DNA from: a virus
IMG/VR virus record: IMGVR_UViG_3300042898_000421
Reading direction: 5' to 3' (one strand)
DNA length: 64,000 nucleotides
Under the pieces are notes generated by a model. The model did not search any database. It saw nothing but the letters and a program-made list of their open reading frames with translations, and was not told the origin of the DNA. The position numbers and the translations under genes are program-made. Shown here piece after piece: positions 55,584 to 64,000 of this stretch (positions are counted from its first letter, which is position 1; each line of letters opens with the position of its first letter).

Positions 55584-55907
55584 ATGATCAACATAACATT
55601 AAATGCTAAAACAAAGATTACAGACCTCCTAATGGAAGAAAACAATCCAAAACTTGCCCTACGCACCTTTGTACAGGGCGGAGGATGTTCTGGTTTTAGT
55701 TATGGATTCACCTTTGATGAAGAATTTAACGAAGATGATTTTCAGTTCCCAATTGGTGAATTTAAAGTCGTAGTAGATGCTATGAGTATGCAGTACCTAC
55801 AAGGTGCCGAAATTGATTACAAAGAAGATCTTTCCGGATCTAGCTTTTCAATAAAAAATCCAAACGCTCAATCCACTTGCGGTTGCGGCAGTAGCTTCTC
55901 CATTTAA
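55584..55907 (+). CDS. A-type Fe-S carrier (ErpA/IscA/HesB)
   Basis: [33 protein letters not shown]. Confidence 0.93.
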   Translation: MINITLNAKTKITDLLMEENNPKLALRTFVQGGGCSGFSYGFTFDEEFNEDDFQFPIGEFKVVVDAMSMQYLQGAEIDYKEDLSGSSFSIKNPNAQSTCGCGSSFSI

Positions 55908-55925
55908 ATTTTGGTAAAATGTCCA

Positions 55926-55954
55926 TTGACACTGTTCCAAAAATGTTGTATAAT
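55926..55954 (+). promoter_or_regulatory. sigma70 promoter of DNA ligase
   Basis: TTGACA-17-TATAAT, with TTGGTAAAA just upstream (55911). Confidence 0.8.
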
Positions 55955-55985
55955 TGTCTTATCGTAACACACTAATGAAACACAC

Positions 55986-57278
55986 ATGACAACTCCTTGT
56001 GATGCAGTAATCCGCAGTCTGGAAGAACACTCCAGCCGACTAAACAAAGAAGCAATCCTAGAAGCAGAAATCGACAACATAGAGTTGTTTGAAGGCTTTC
56101 AACTGGCTCTAAGTCCATTTATTACATTTGGTGTAAAGAAGGTACCTACCAGTACAGGTGGTAGCGGACAGGGTCTGCCTTGGGTTGCATTTAAAGAACT
56201 GTGCGAACTTCTACGCACTCGACAACTAACAGGCGATGCCGCACGTGATGCAATTGAATTGGCATTGAGTGCAAGCACACAGAAGCAATGGAATGATTGG
56301 TATCGTCGTATCCTAATCAAAGATCTCCGTTGCGGTGTTAGTGAAAAGACTATCAATAAGATTAAGAAAGACGCTGTACCATTGTTCGAGTGCATGTTGG
56401 CTCACGACGGCGCCAACCACGAAAGCAAAGTCGCAGGTAAGAAACTGCTTGAGCCTAAACTGGACGGTGTTCGTGCTGTGTTGATTGTTGATGCCGATGC
56501 TAAGACTGCAACTGTCTACAGCCGCAATGGCAAAATTTTAGAAAACTTTGGACACATTACCAAAGGCATTGAAGATAACATCGAACTGTTTGATCGCAGT
56601 ATTGTCATTGACGGTGAAGTGGTTAGCTCTAGCTTCCAAGCACTAATGAAACAGGTACATCGTAAAAGCGATGCAGATGCCAGCGATGCACGACTGATGG
56701 CCTTTGATGTTCTTCCACTTAGTGAATTCCGAAAAGGTAAAAGCATTCTGGGACAACGCCGTCGTAGTAATCTCCTACGCAGTATGCAGTCTGTACTGGA
56801 TAAGATTGGGAACATTGATATTATTCCTCAACTTGAAGTGGATCTAGACACAGCAGTTGGTGAAATGCAATTTAAACAATATAACAAAGATGCCATTGAT
56901 GCAGGGTTTGAAGGCATTATGATCAAAGACATTGATGCACCTTATGTCTGTAAGCGTCATGTGGCGTGGCTCAAACAAAAGCCATTTATCGAAGTAAGTT
57001 TAACCATTGTGGGCATCGAGCCAGGAACAGGTAAAAATGAAGGCAAAATGGGCGCAGTTATCTGCGAAGGCGAAGAGGATGGCAAGTTCATCCGTGTTAA
57101 TGTTGGCTCTGGCTGGACAGATGATCAGAGAGCCGAAGTTGACGATGAGGTTATTGGTCAAGTCTTGGAAGTGCGAGCAGATGCAATTACTCGGAGCCAA
57201 GATAGTGAAGACGTATACAGCCTCCGATTTCCACGGGCTCTTCGATTCCGAGGTTTTAAAGCAGGTGAGAAACTATAA
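55986..57278 (+). CDS. ATP-dependent DNA ligase
   Basis: EPKLDGVR, DGEV, FDVL, EGIMIK, WLK.K, LRFP. Confidence 0.93.
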   Translation: MTTPCDAVIRSLEEHSSRLNKEAILEAEIDNIELFEGFQLALSPFITFGVKKVPTSTGGSGQGLPWVAFKELCELLRTRQLTGDAARDAIELALSASTQKQWNDWYRRILIKDLRCGVSEKTINKIKKDAVPLFECMLAHDGANHESKVAGKKLLEPKLDGVRAVLIVDADAKTATVYSRNGKILENFGHITKGIEDNIELFDRSIVIDGEVVSSSFQALMKQVHRKSDADASDARLMAFDVLPLSEFRKGKSILGQRRRSNLLRSMQSVLDKIGNIDIIPQLEVDLDTAVGEMQFKQYNKDAIDAGFEGIMIKDIDAPYVCKRHVAWLKQKPFIEVSLTIVGIEPGTGKNEGKMGAVICEGEEDGKFIRVNVGSGWTDDQRAEVDDEVIGQVLEVRADAITRSQDSEDVYSLRFPRALRFRGFKAGEKL

Positions 57279-57279
57279 T

Positions 57280-57522
57280 ATGGATAAAGAAGCTGTTAAA
57301 AATTTAATGTTCGGAGGCTTCTGCGAGTTGGCCAGGGACGATCGATTCTACCACCGCAGTGCCGTAGGTCCAGAATACTGTTATTTTACTGATCGGGGCA
57401 AGATTGCCATAACGGACTTTATGATTCAAATGGCAGTAAATATACACAAAGCTGAAGTAGCTGATTTAGATAGGAGAGCTAAAGAAATGGTCATTAAAGG
57501 ACTTAAAGGAGAAAGTGTTTAA
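57280..57522 (+). CDS. hypothetical protein
   Basis: likely start ATG 57280, just after the ligase stop. Confidence 0.65.
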   Translation: MDKEAVKNLMFGGFCELARDDRFYHRSAVGPEYCYFTDRGKIAITDFMIQMAVNIHKAEVADLDRRAKEMVIKGLKGESV

Positions 57523-57524
57523 TC

Positions 57525-57743
57525 GTGGCTAAAGAAGATATGATCAGCCTTGAGGGCAGGATCGAAGAAGTACTACCCAACGCAATGTTTCGGGTAAGGT
57601 TGGAACAAGGTTCCGCAGTTCTGGGATTCATCTCGGGCAAGATGCGACAGAACAGAATTCAAATACTGTTAGGGGATAGAGTTAGGGTAGAAATGAGCCC
57701 ATACGACTTAACTAAATGTCGTATAGTATATCGTTCAAAATAA
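57525..57743 (+). CDS. infA: translation initiation factor IF-1
   Basis: [42 protein letters not shown]. Confidence 0.95.
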   Translation: MAKEDMISLEGRIEEVLPNAMFRVRLEQGSAVLGFISGKMRQNRIQILLGDRVRVEMSPYDLTKCRIVYRSK

Positions 57744-57755
57744 AATTTGGGTCAT

Positions 57756-57785
57756 AAAAAAAGCACCTTACGGTGCTTTTCTTTT
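57756..57785. terminator. bidirectional intrinsic terminator
   Basis: AAAAGCACC-TTAC-GGTGCTTTT with A/T tails between convergent genes. Confidence 0.8.
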
Positions 57786-58296
57786 ATCCTAAGTAGTTGG
57801 CCCACGATGGGTGTGGTATATCCCACTTTTGCTGTCTACGCTTGTCTACTAATTGATAGTAGGTGGGCTTAACTGGCTTGTGCTTTGGCACAATCTTCTT
57901 GTCGTTACCCTTGTTTGCATTACAGCTCGCGCAGGCGCAGACAGTGTTTTCAAAGGTAGTCTTACCACCGTGACTAACTGGCAGCACGTGGTCTAACGTG
58001 GCTGTTTTACGGCTTACATCATCCCCACAGTACTGGCATGTATAGCCATCACGAAGGAACACATTATGTTTGGAATAACGAATTGCAGTCTTGCGCTTTT
58101 CGTACTCGCGAAGAATCATAACGGCAGGAACCTGTGTTTCCCAGTTTGCACTATGCACGACCCAATTATCGTAGACATCTAACACAGTGGCTTTTTCAAG
58201 CACTATGAACTTAATAGATTCTTCCCAGGAAATTGTGCTCAACGGTAGCCAAGAAATTGGGGCTCCGTCTGCATTTAACAATAATGTCGAACTCAT
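57784..58296 (-). CDS. HNH endonuclease (McrA-like)
   Basis: RDGYTCQYCG, TLDHVLPVSHGG, ENTVCACASCNANKG. Confidence 0.9.
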   Translation of the reverse strand: MSSTLLLNADGAPISWLPLSTISWEESIKFIVLEKATVLDVYDNWVVHSANWETQVPAVMILREYEKRKTAIRYSKHNVFLRDGYTCQYCGDDVSRKTATLDHVLPVSHGGKTTFENTVCACASCNANKGNDKKIVPKHKPVKPTYYQLVDKRRQQKWDIPHPSWANYLG

Positions 58297-58372
58297 TTAC
58301 TACTTTCAAAGGTTGTTGTGACCCAGTATTTATTATACAGTCATTTACCATAAAGAGCAACTAAATAGTCAT

Positions 58373-58660
58373 ATGAGTCACTCAACTTTTATACATTCCG
58401 GCATTGTAAACCCTGCCAAACCAAATATTACAGTAAAGGAGTCCGCAGATGCTGTTGATACAGTAACATTGGATATTCCATTACTTACTCGAATTTTAGA
58501 ACTAGCCCGCGAGGACGTAAAATCGGATGCAGACCTGCACTTTGTTATCACTAACATTTTGGCTATTAAGAACAAGGGTGTACTCACTATGCAAGATTAT
58601 GACAAGATTCTAGAGAAACCGGATCAGTTAGAGTCAATTAGAAAACTAGCAGGATTATAA
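58373..58660 (+). CDS. late hypothetical protein
   Basis: TAAATA 5 nt upstream; ends IRKLAGL. Confidence 0.65.
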   Translation: MSHSTFIHSGIVNPAKPNITVKESADAVDTVTLDIPLLTRILELAREDVKSDADLHFVITNILAIKNKGVLTMQDYDKILEKPDQLESIRKLAGL

Positions 58661-58662
58661 AA

Positions 58663-60252
58663 ATGACCATTCAAGTTATCAATACAGGTTCTAATGCAAA
58701 CTCAGGCGACGGTGACAGCATACGATCTGCATTTATCAAAGTAAATCAAAATTTTACAGAAATTGCCACACTGATAGGAACAACTGGTACTGATTTTACA
58801 GAAGCAGTAGCAGACGCTGGTGCTACGCTATTAGTTCATAGTAGTCATAGTGGCATGACTGCTGTATATAATGATGCATTAAACATTGTGCAATTTACTG
58901 TGTCTCCGGGTCCGTCTGGACCATCTGGACCATCTGGTGCGGCAAGTATTGTTCCAGGCCCTACAGGACCAGCTGGTATCAACGGTACAGAAGGGCCTGC
59001 TGGACCAACGGGACCTTCCGGAGTAGATGCTGTACCAAATGATGTTGCTAACGCAGGATCGTTAAGTTTTTATCGTAATACTGGAAGAACGGTATCCCCA
59101 GTACCTGGAATTTCCTTCAATACTCTTACTAGTTCACTGTTGATAGGTAATTCAAATAATACTGCCACTACTGTAAGTTGGACAAGAGAAACCTACATTC
59201 CTAATGCAAGAGGTTGGTCTTTTTCACAGCACTTTGATAACCAAGATGTCCATGATTTTACATGGTATAGGACTCGAGGATCCGCCATATCTCAAACCCT
59301 TCTCGAAACCAATGACGACATTGCAGATTTTGCATTTACAACATGGAATGGTACACAAACAAGTGAATCAGCCGCTATGAGTGTTAGGGTTGAAAGTACA
59401 TCAACTTCGAATCCGAATCCAGCAGGTAAGTTTATGTTTTTCACTAATGACGGGCTTCGTAGATTTCCACTCGTTGTATCAGAACTATCATCAACTGGAA
59501 CTTTTAAATTTTCTAAAATTGGATCGTTATCACCAGGTACAGGATTAATAGTACAAAACAGTCTAATTCCATCAGCAGATCTAACACATGATCTAGGTAG
59601 TACTAGCAGTCAATGGCGTAGCTTATATGTAGGAACTAGTACAATCTATCTAGGTGGAACATCGTTGAGTGTTGCTGACGGTCAGATAACATTAAACGGC
59701 AGTGTAATCGGAGGTGGCAGCGGGTCAACTGGCCCACAAGGACCATCGGGCGTTCAAGGAGACGTAGGACCAACTGGACCACAAGGCGATACAGGACCAC
59801 AGGGACCTACCGGTAGTAATGGACCAACTGGACCAACTGGACCACAAGGCGATACAGGACCACAGGGACCTACCGGTAGTAATGGACCAACTGGACCACA
59901 AGGACTACAAGGCGATACAGGACCAACTGGACCAAGTGGTTCTGTTACGTGGTCAGTGTCAGCTAGTGGTACCAGTGATTATGTATTCAGCGGCCCTGGT
60001 ATAGTTGCAGGCAACACTAATGATCCAGTGTTGTATCTGTACAAGGGATTTACCTATACTTTTGTTAATACCACAGGAGGAAGTCACCCGTTTGCCATTA
60101 GAGTCAGCAACGGAGGTGCAGATTATACCGACGGTGTATCGGGTAGTCAAACAGGCACACAGACATTTACTGTGCCGATGAATGCTCCCTCTACGCTGTA
60201 TTATCAATGCACTATTCACAGCGTAATGGGCAATGTTATCAACATAGTCTAA
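58663..60252 (+). CDS. collagen-like tail fibre protein
   Basis: N-terminal [20 protein letters not shown]; two Gly-X-Y tracts; DLG...QW..LY; C-terminal LYYQC..H..M cupredoxin-like domain. Confidence 0.85.
   Translation: MTIQVINTGSNANSGDGDSIRSAFIKVNQNFTEIATLIGTTGTDFTEAVADAGATLLVHSSHSGMTAVYNDALNIVQFTVSPGPSGPSGPSGAASIVPGPTGPAGINGTEGPAGPTGPSGVDAVPNDVANAGSLSFYRNTGRTVSPVPGISFNTLTSSLLIGNSNNTATTVSWTRETYIPNARGWSFSQHFDNQDVHDFTWYRTRGSAISQTLLETNDDIADFAFTTWNGTQTSESAAMSVRVESTSTSNPNPAGKFMFFTNDGLRRFPLVVSELSSTGTFKFSKIGSLSPGTGLIVQNSLIPSADLTHDLGSTSSQWRSLYVGTSTIYLGGTSLSVADGQITLNGSVIGGGSGSTGPQGPSGVQGDVGPTGPQGDTGPQGPTGSNGPTGPTGPQGDTGPQGPTGSNGPTGPQGLQGDTGPTGPSGSVTWSVSASGTSDYVFSGPGIVAGNTNDPVLYLYKGFTYTFVNTTGGSHPFAIRVSNGGADYTDGVSGSQTGTQTFTVPMNAPSTLYYQCTIHSVMGNVINIV
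59767..59904 (+). repeat. 63-bp tandem repeat in collagen tract
   Basis: unit ggaccaactggaccacaaggcgatacagg... at 59767 and 59830. Confidence 0.85.
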
Positions 60253-60280
60253 GCTGTATTAATTACCGAGTAAATACATT

Positions 60281-60583
60281 ATGAGAGCAACTGAAATTAT
60301 TCGTGGCGTACTGGATCTTATTGATCAAGTTGAGTGCGCCCAACAATCTACACAGCAAGATCCGATCGGTGGTGCCTTTGCACAACTGTTTGCACAATTA
60401 TCAGCAGAACCTGTAGAAGTTAAATCTGCTGGCATGTATGACAACAGTCCAGACGTGCATGTACAAGGCATTGACAGCGTGACCACAGCCGCAGGGCTAG
60501 GCGGACTAAACGGTCCTAAAAACCCTAGTGACATTAGATCAGACAGCGTAAGCATGTATCCAAACTTTCAAACCAAGGAATAA
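60281..60583 (+). CDS. late protein (MRATEII N-terminus)
   Basis: TAAATA 4 nt upstream. Confidence 0.7.
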   Translation: MRATEIIRGVLDLIDQVECAQQSTQQDPIGGAFAQLFAQLSAEPVEVKSAGMYDNSPDVHVQGIDSVTTAAGLGGLNGPKNPSDIRSDSVSMYPNFQTKE

Positions 60584-60585
60584 CA

Positions 60586-60876
60586 ATGAGTAGATATCAC
60601 ACCCTTTATGCTAGCAATAGCGCCACTCCAAAATTCACCACACTGCAAACAGGTGCAGCCAGTGTTAATACAGCAATTACCGCAAGACGTATTACTGTAG
60701 TAACCAACGGTACTAGCCAGTTCATGTCATTCGGTACAGGGACTGTTTCTGCAACGACTGCTAGCTGTGTAGTTCCTGCAAACTCCATGATGGATTTTAA
60801 TGTTACTACAGGAACGCACGTTGCGTTTATCAGTCCAACAGGTCTAGGGTACGTTACGGTTATCGACGCTGATTAA
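60586..60876 (+). CDS. putative small virion protein
   Basis: Thr/Ala-rich beta protein. Confidence 0.65.
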   Translation: MSRYHTLYASNSATPKFTTLQTGAASVNTAITARRITVVTNGTSQFMSFGTGTVSATTASCVVPANSMMDFNVTTGTHVAFISPTGLGYVTVIDAD

Positions 60877-60878
60877 TT

Positions 60879-62429
60879 ATGGCGGTTGATCGTTATCAAA
60901 ACAGCACCGACTATGAACACTCCCAGGAGAGCAATCTTCTAAATATTCATAAGACTATGCAGTACAACAGCCAGGGGCAACCTGTGGCTCGTGTGCATGT
61001 TGACGGTATTAATTTAGAAGGTGATGTAATTGTTGATACTGTTAGCCTAAGCAGTTCAACACTGGCCGCATTGGAAACCATTACTATCAGTAATACAAGT
61101 TTTGCTATTACGAATTTCCCAACCACCTCCACAGTATACCAAGGTACTAATCCTTGGACTGTAACTGGTACCGTGGCTATTTCAAGCCTACCAGAAGTAG
61201 AGATTAAAAACGACACGGGCAATCCTATACCCGTCAGTGGTACAGTAACTGCTACACTAACTGGCACTAACACATTTACATTGGGCACAGGATCTACTGA
61301 TGCGTTTGGTAGACTACGAGTCAGCGAGCCTTATACATTGTTTGACAGTAGAGCAAGATATTACGACCACAATGATTTTAGCAATAGCACCAGCACTGGC
61401 GGTACAGTGGTCTACGAAGCAGACAGTTCTACATTTAGACTGGCGGTGAGCACAAGTAATGGATCAAGTGTCATACGAGAAACCAAAAGAGTGTTTCCTT
61501 ATCAGCCAGGCAAGAGTCTGCTGGTGTTGGCCACTTTTGCCATGAATACTCCCAAAGTCAACCTCCGTCAGCGTGTGGGATATTTTACCACCAACAACGG
61601 TATCTATTTTGAAAATGATGGCGTCTATAACTATTTGGTAATAAGAAGTTATAGTACAGGTGTGTTGGTTGAGGATAGGATAAGACAAGACGCTTGGGAC
61701 AATACATTTGCCGCATTAAATGTAGATAGAACACAGATATTTTGGACAGACATTGAGTGGTTAGGTGTAGGCAGTGTTCGTTGCGGGTTTGTCATCAACG
61801 GTGCTTATGTGCTTTGCCACACATTCCATCATGCTAATGTTGTGAATAACACTACCACTTATATGACCACGGCTGTACTGCCAGTGCGTTATGAAATAAC
61901 CAACACTGGGGCCACTGCTTCATCCAGTATGATGCGACAGATATGCTCCACTGTAATCAGCGAAGGTGGCTACAACGCATTTACCTACAGCGAATCAGCA
62001 GGCCGTGGAACCAGTGTGTTGAGATTGTCTTCAGCAGGCACCTACTATCCGTTAGTCAGCATTAGATTGGCCAGCACAAGATTAGATGCCATAGTACTGC
62101 CTAGACAAGTGGATGTACTGAGTCCTACAGTGAATTACTATCGTTGGAGATTGGTGGCAAATCCTACCCTAACTGGTGCTACTTGGGCAGGAACCAGTAC
62201 TTCAGGAACTGTTGAATATGACACGGCCGCCACAGGAGTTTCGGGCGGTATAGAACTACAAACTGGTTATGTCAGCAGTAGAGAACTATCGGAACTAGGA
62301 GCAGATGCGTTTGCGTTTCAGTTAGGCAGAACATTGGCAGGAGTCAGCGATATTGTGACACTAACTATGGCAGCAACATCAAACAACGCAGACGTGCTGG
62401 CACAAATTGGCTGGCAAGAAATTACTTAA
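60879..62429 (+). CDS. putative virion protein with lectin/LamG-like domain
   Basis: DAFGRLRVSEP, YQPGKS, RVGYF...NGIYFE, WLGVGSVRCGF. Confidence 0.65.
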   Translation: MAVDRYQNSTDYEHSQESNLLNIHKTMQYNSQGQPVARVHVDGINLEGDVIVDTVSLSSSTLAALETITISNTSFAITNFPTTSTVYQGTNPWTVTGTVAISSLPEVEIKNDTGNPIPVSGTVTATLTGTNTFTLGTGSTDAFGRLRVSEPYTLFDSRARYYDHNDFSNSTSTGGTVVYEADSSTFRLAVSTSNGSSVIRETKRVFPYQPGKSLLVLATFAMNTPKVNLRQRVGYFTTNNGIYFENDGVYNYLVIRSYSTGVLVEDRIRQDAWDNTFAALNVDRTQIFWTDIEWLGVGSVRCGFVINGAYVLCHTFHHANVVNNTTTYMTTAVLPVRYEITNTGATASSSMMRQICSTVISEGGYNAFTYSESAGRGTSVLRLSSAGTYYPLVSIRLASTRLDAIVLPRQVDVLSPTVNYYRWRLVANPTLTGATWAGTSTSGTVEYDTAATGVSGGIELQTGYVSSRELSELGADAFAFQLGRTLAGVSDIVTLTMAATSNNADVLAQIGWQEIT

Positions 62430-62436
62430 ATACATT

Positions 62437-62877
62437 ATGAAAAAACTATTATTAACCCTATTATTAGCAGTGGCGGCAGTTCCTGCTCTAGCACAAAAGA
62501 CACCTAAAGGTGCAACTTATGACGCACAGATTATACGTGTAAGCGACGGTGACACTATTGTGATTGCAGCACCATTCCTTCCTGCTCCACTAAAGCCAGA
62601 ACTAGCAGTTCGTATATTTGGTGTTGATACTCCGGAAAAAGGACACAGAGCACAGTGCCCGCAAGAAAATGAGCGAGCATTAGTGGCCAGCAAATTCACC
62701 ACACAGGCCATTCAATCCAACCCTAAACATCAAGTTATCATCTACGGTTGGGACAAGTTTGGCGGCCGTATCTTGGGAGACATTTTAGTCAATGGACAGA
62801 GCATTCGTCAAGGATTGATTGCCAACGGTTTAGCCCGTGAATATTACGGTGATGCTAAACAAAGTTGGTGTAACTAA
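62437..62877 (+). CDS. thermonuclease (SNase-like) with signal peptide
   Basis: DGDT, RIFGVDTPE, DKFGGRILG, GLAREY; MKKLLLTLLLAVAAVPALA. Confidence 0.9.
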   Translation: MKKLLLTLLLAVAAVPALAQKTPKGATYDAQIIRVSDGDTIVIAAPFLPAPLKPELAVRIFGVDTPEKGHRAQCPQENERALVASKFTTQAIQSNPKHQVIIYGWDKFGGRILGDILVNGQSIRQGLIANGLAREYYGDAKQSWCN

Positions 62878-63025
62878 CAGATCTCACCTTAGGGACCGTT
62901 GTCGTCACGGGGGCGAGCTTGCTTGCCCAGGCGTCCGTCTAGCAAACGTAAATTGCCGGCGTAATTACACTGCTGAGCCATAACAAATTCGGCGCCGGAT
63001 TAAGTAACCGGCAACTAAATACATC

Positions 63026-63316
63026 ATGAGAGCAAAAGAATTCACCATTAATGTACCTATTACCATTACAATTAATGGTGATGAAGATCCTGTAGTCAAC
63101 GCAGCCGGGCAAAACCCACCCGAGGAAGCCGATACAGAATTGCAGCAAAATCCTGTGATGATCAGCCCACAGCAGCAAGAACTAGAACTTGCCAAAGCCG
63201 CAGCAGGTAAAGCCAGCCCAGTTATAGATAAGCTAACAGGGCAGGAAACAGTAGGTGAAGAGCCTCCTGAGCAGAACGACATTATCCAACAACTAAAAGC
63301 ATTAATGTCAAGATAA
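63026..63316 (+). CDS. acidic late protein (MRAKEF N-terminus)
   Basis: TAAATA 4 nt upstream. Confidence 0.7.
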   Translation: MRAKEFTINVPITITINGDEDPVVNAAGQNPPEEADTELQQNPVMISPQQQELELAKAAAGKASPVIDKLTGQETVGEEPPEQNDIIQQLKALMSR

Positions 63317-63337
63317 CAGCATACGATAAATATCGTC

Positions 63338-64000
63338 ATGCCAATCTATAAAATACAAGCCGGTAGAATAATAACTGTCAATTCTTACGACTGGGTAGGG
63401 GACAAGGGCACAATTTGGTATGATGAGACATTAGGGGACCTACGCATAGGTGACGGCGTTACCCCTGGCGGCAGATTACTGCAATTTAATGGTTCGGGTA
63501 GTGGCGTTACTATTACAGGCAGCGTATCTAATAGTACTCAATTGGAAACTAGTTACGCAGGCGATTCCGGTGATGGATTTATTGAAGAAGCCACTGGAAA
63601 TTTATGGGTATGGGACGGGACAGTTTGGGTTGATGTAGGAAAAATACAAGGCCCTACAGGCTATACAGGTTCGCAGGGTAATATTGGCTATACAGGCTCG
63701 CGTGGAGATACCGGGTACACTGGATCTCAGGGAAATCTCGGATATACGGGCTACACAGGCAGTCAAGGTTTTACAGGTAGTCAAGGGAATGTAGGTTATA
63801 CTGGATCAGTTGGTGATACTGGATTTACTGGTAGTCAAGGCAATACTGGATTTACTGGAAGTGCCGGTGTTGATGGATCAGTTGGTGATACTGGATTTAC
63901 TGGTAGTCAAGGCAATACTGGATTTACTGGAAGTGCCGGTGTTGATGGATCAGTTGGTGATACTGGATTTACTGGTAGTCAAGGCGATATAGGATTTACT
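63338..64000 (+). CDS. collagen-like fibre protein with G(Y/F)TGS repeats (3' partial; not in ORF track)
   Basis: [10 protein letters not shown]...[11 protein letters not shown]...WVWDG..W.DVG.IQGP then GYTGSQG/GFTGS repeats to the window end. Confidence 0.85.
   Translation, partial: MPIYKIQAGRIITVNSYDWVGDKGTIWYDETLGDLRIGDGVTPGGRLLQFNGSGSGVTITGSVSNSTQLETSYAGDSGDGFIEEATGNLWVWDGTVWVDVGKIQGPTGYTGSQGNIGYTGSRGDTGYTGSQGNLGYTGYTGSQGFTGSQGNVGYTGSVGDTGFTGSQGNTGFTGSAGVDGSVGDTGFTGSQGNTGFTGSAGVDGSVGDTGFTGSQGDIGFT
63803..63985 (+). repeat. 72-bp tandem repeat (about 2.5 copies)
   Basis: ggatcagttggtgatactgg... at 63803, 63875 and 63947. Confidence 0.9.

Noticed and set aside
57007-57279. 171-aa extension of the ORF after the ligase
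   Set aside because: It overlaps the ligase C-terminus in another frame; the ATG at 57280 just after the ligase stop is the more plausible start.
34243-58296. GIY-YIG and HNH genes as active mobile elements
   Set aside because: Both are free-standing, short and not inside an intron or target gene; ordinary for large phages.
59767-63985. 63-bp and 72-bp tandem repeats as DGR or regulatory repeats
   Set aside because: In-frame collagen Gly-X-Y expansions; no reverse transcriptase and no adenine-specific variation.
1-64000. Stop-codon reassignment
   Set aside because: Core genes (helicases, primase, ligase) are full length in code 11, and TAA, TAG and TGA all terminate genes; no suppressor tRNA seen.

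Overview
This window is part of a large tailed-phage genome with T4-superfamily-like gene content, read in the standard genetic code. It has five blocks. (1) 1-13.5 kb: replication core (UvsW helicase, possible clamp-loader subunit, primase, DnaB/gp41 helicase, a 196-aa miniature DnaE-like polymerase), ADP-heptose enzymes and a run of small paralogues. (2) 13.5-20.5 kb and 35.7-37.2 kb: glycosyltransferases, methyltransferases and sugar-phosphate enzymes. (3) 21.6-34.7 kb: an inverted, more GC-rich array of about 40 small genes carrying 24 near-consensus sigma70 promoters built from repeated cassettes, one tRNA-Arg(TCT) and a promoter-driven structured ncRNA candidate, bracketed by two palindrome-rich non-coding regions. 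(4) 37-53 kb: putative virion genes, four radical-SAM/twitch proteins, a sulfotransferase, a UDP-sugar dehydrogenase and a carbamoyltransferase N-domain. (5) 53-64 kb: SleB hydrolase, APS-kinase fusion, an unannotated 10-Cys metallothionein-like peptide, ErpA/IscA, DNA ligase, IF-1, HNH, SNase and collagen-like fibres. The strongest leads are the ncRNA at about 31.9-32.06 kb, the promoter/hairpin/operator cassette array, the Cys-rich peptide with the rSAM/Fe-S set, and an apparently complete phage-encoded glycan decoration pathway. All family calls come from motif recognition by eye; no database searches were run.
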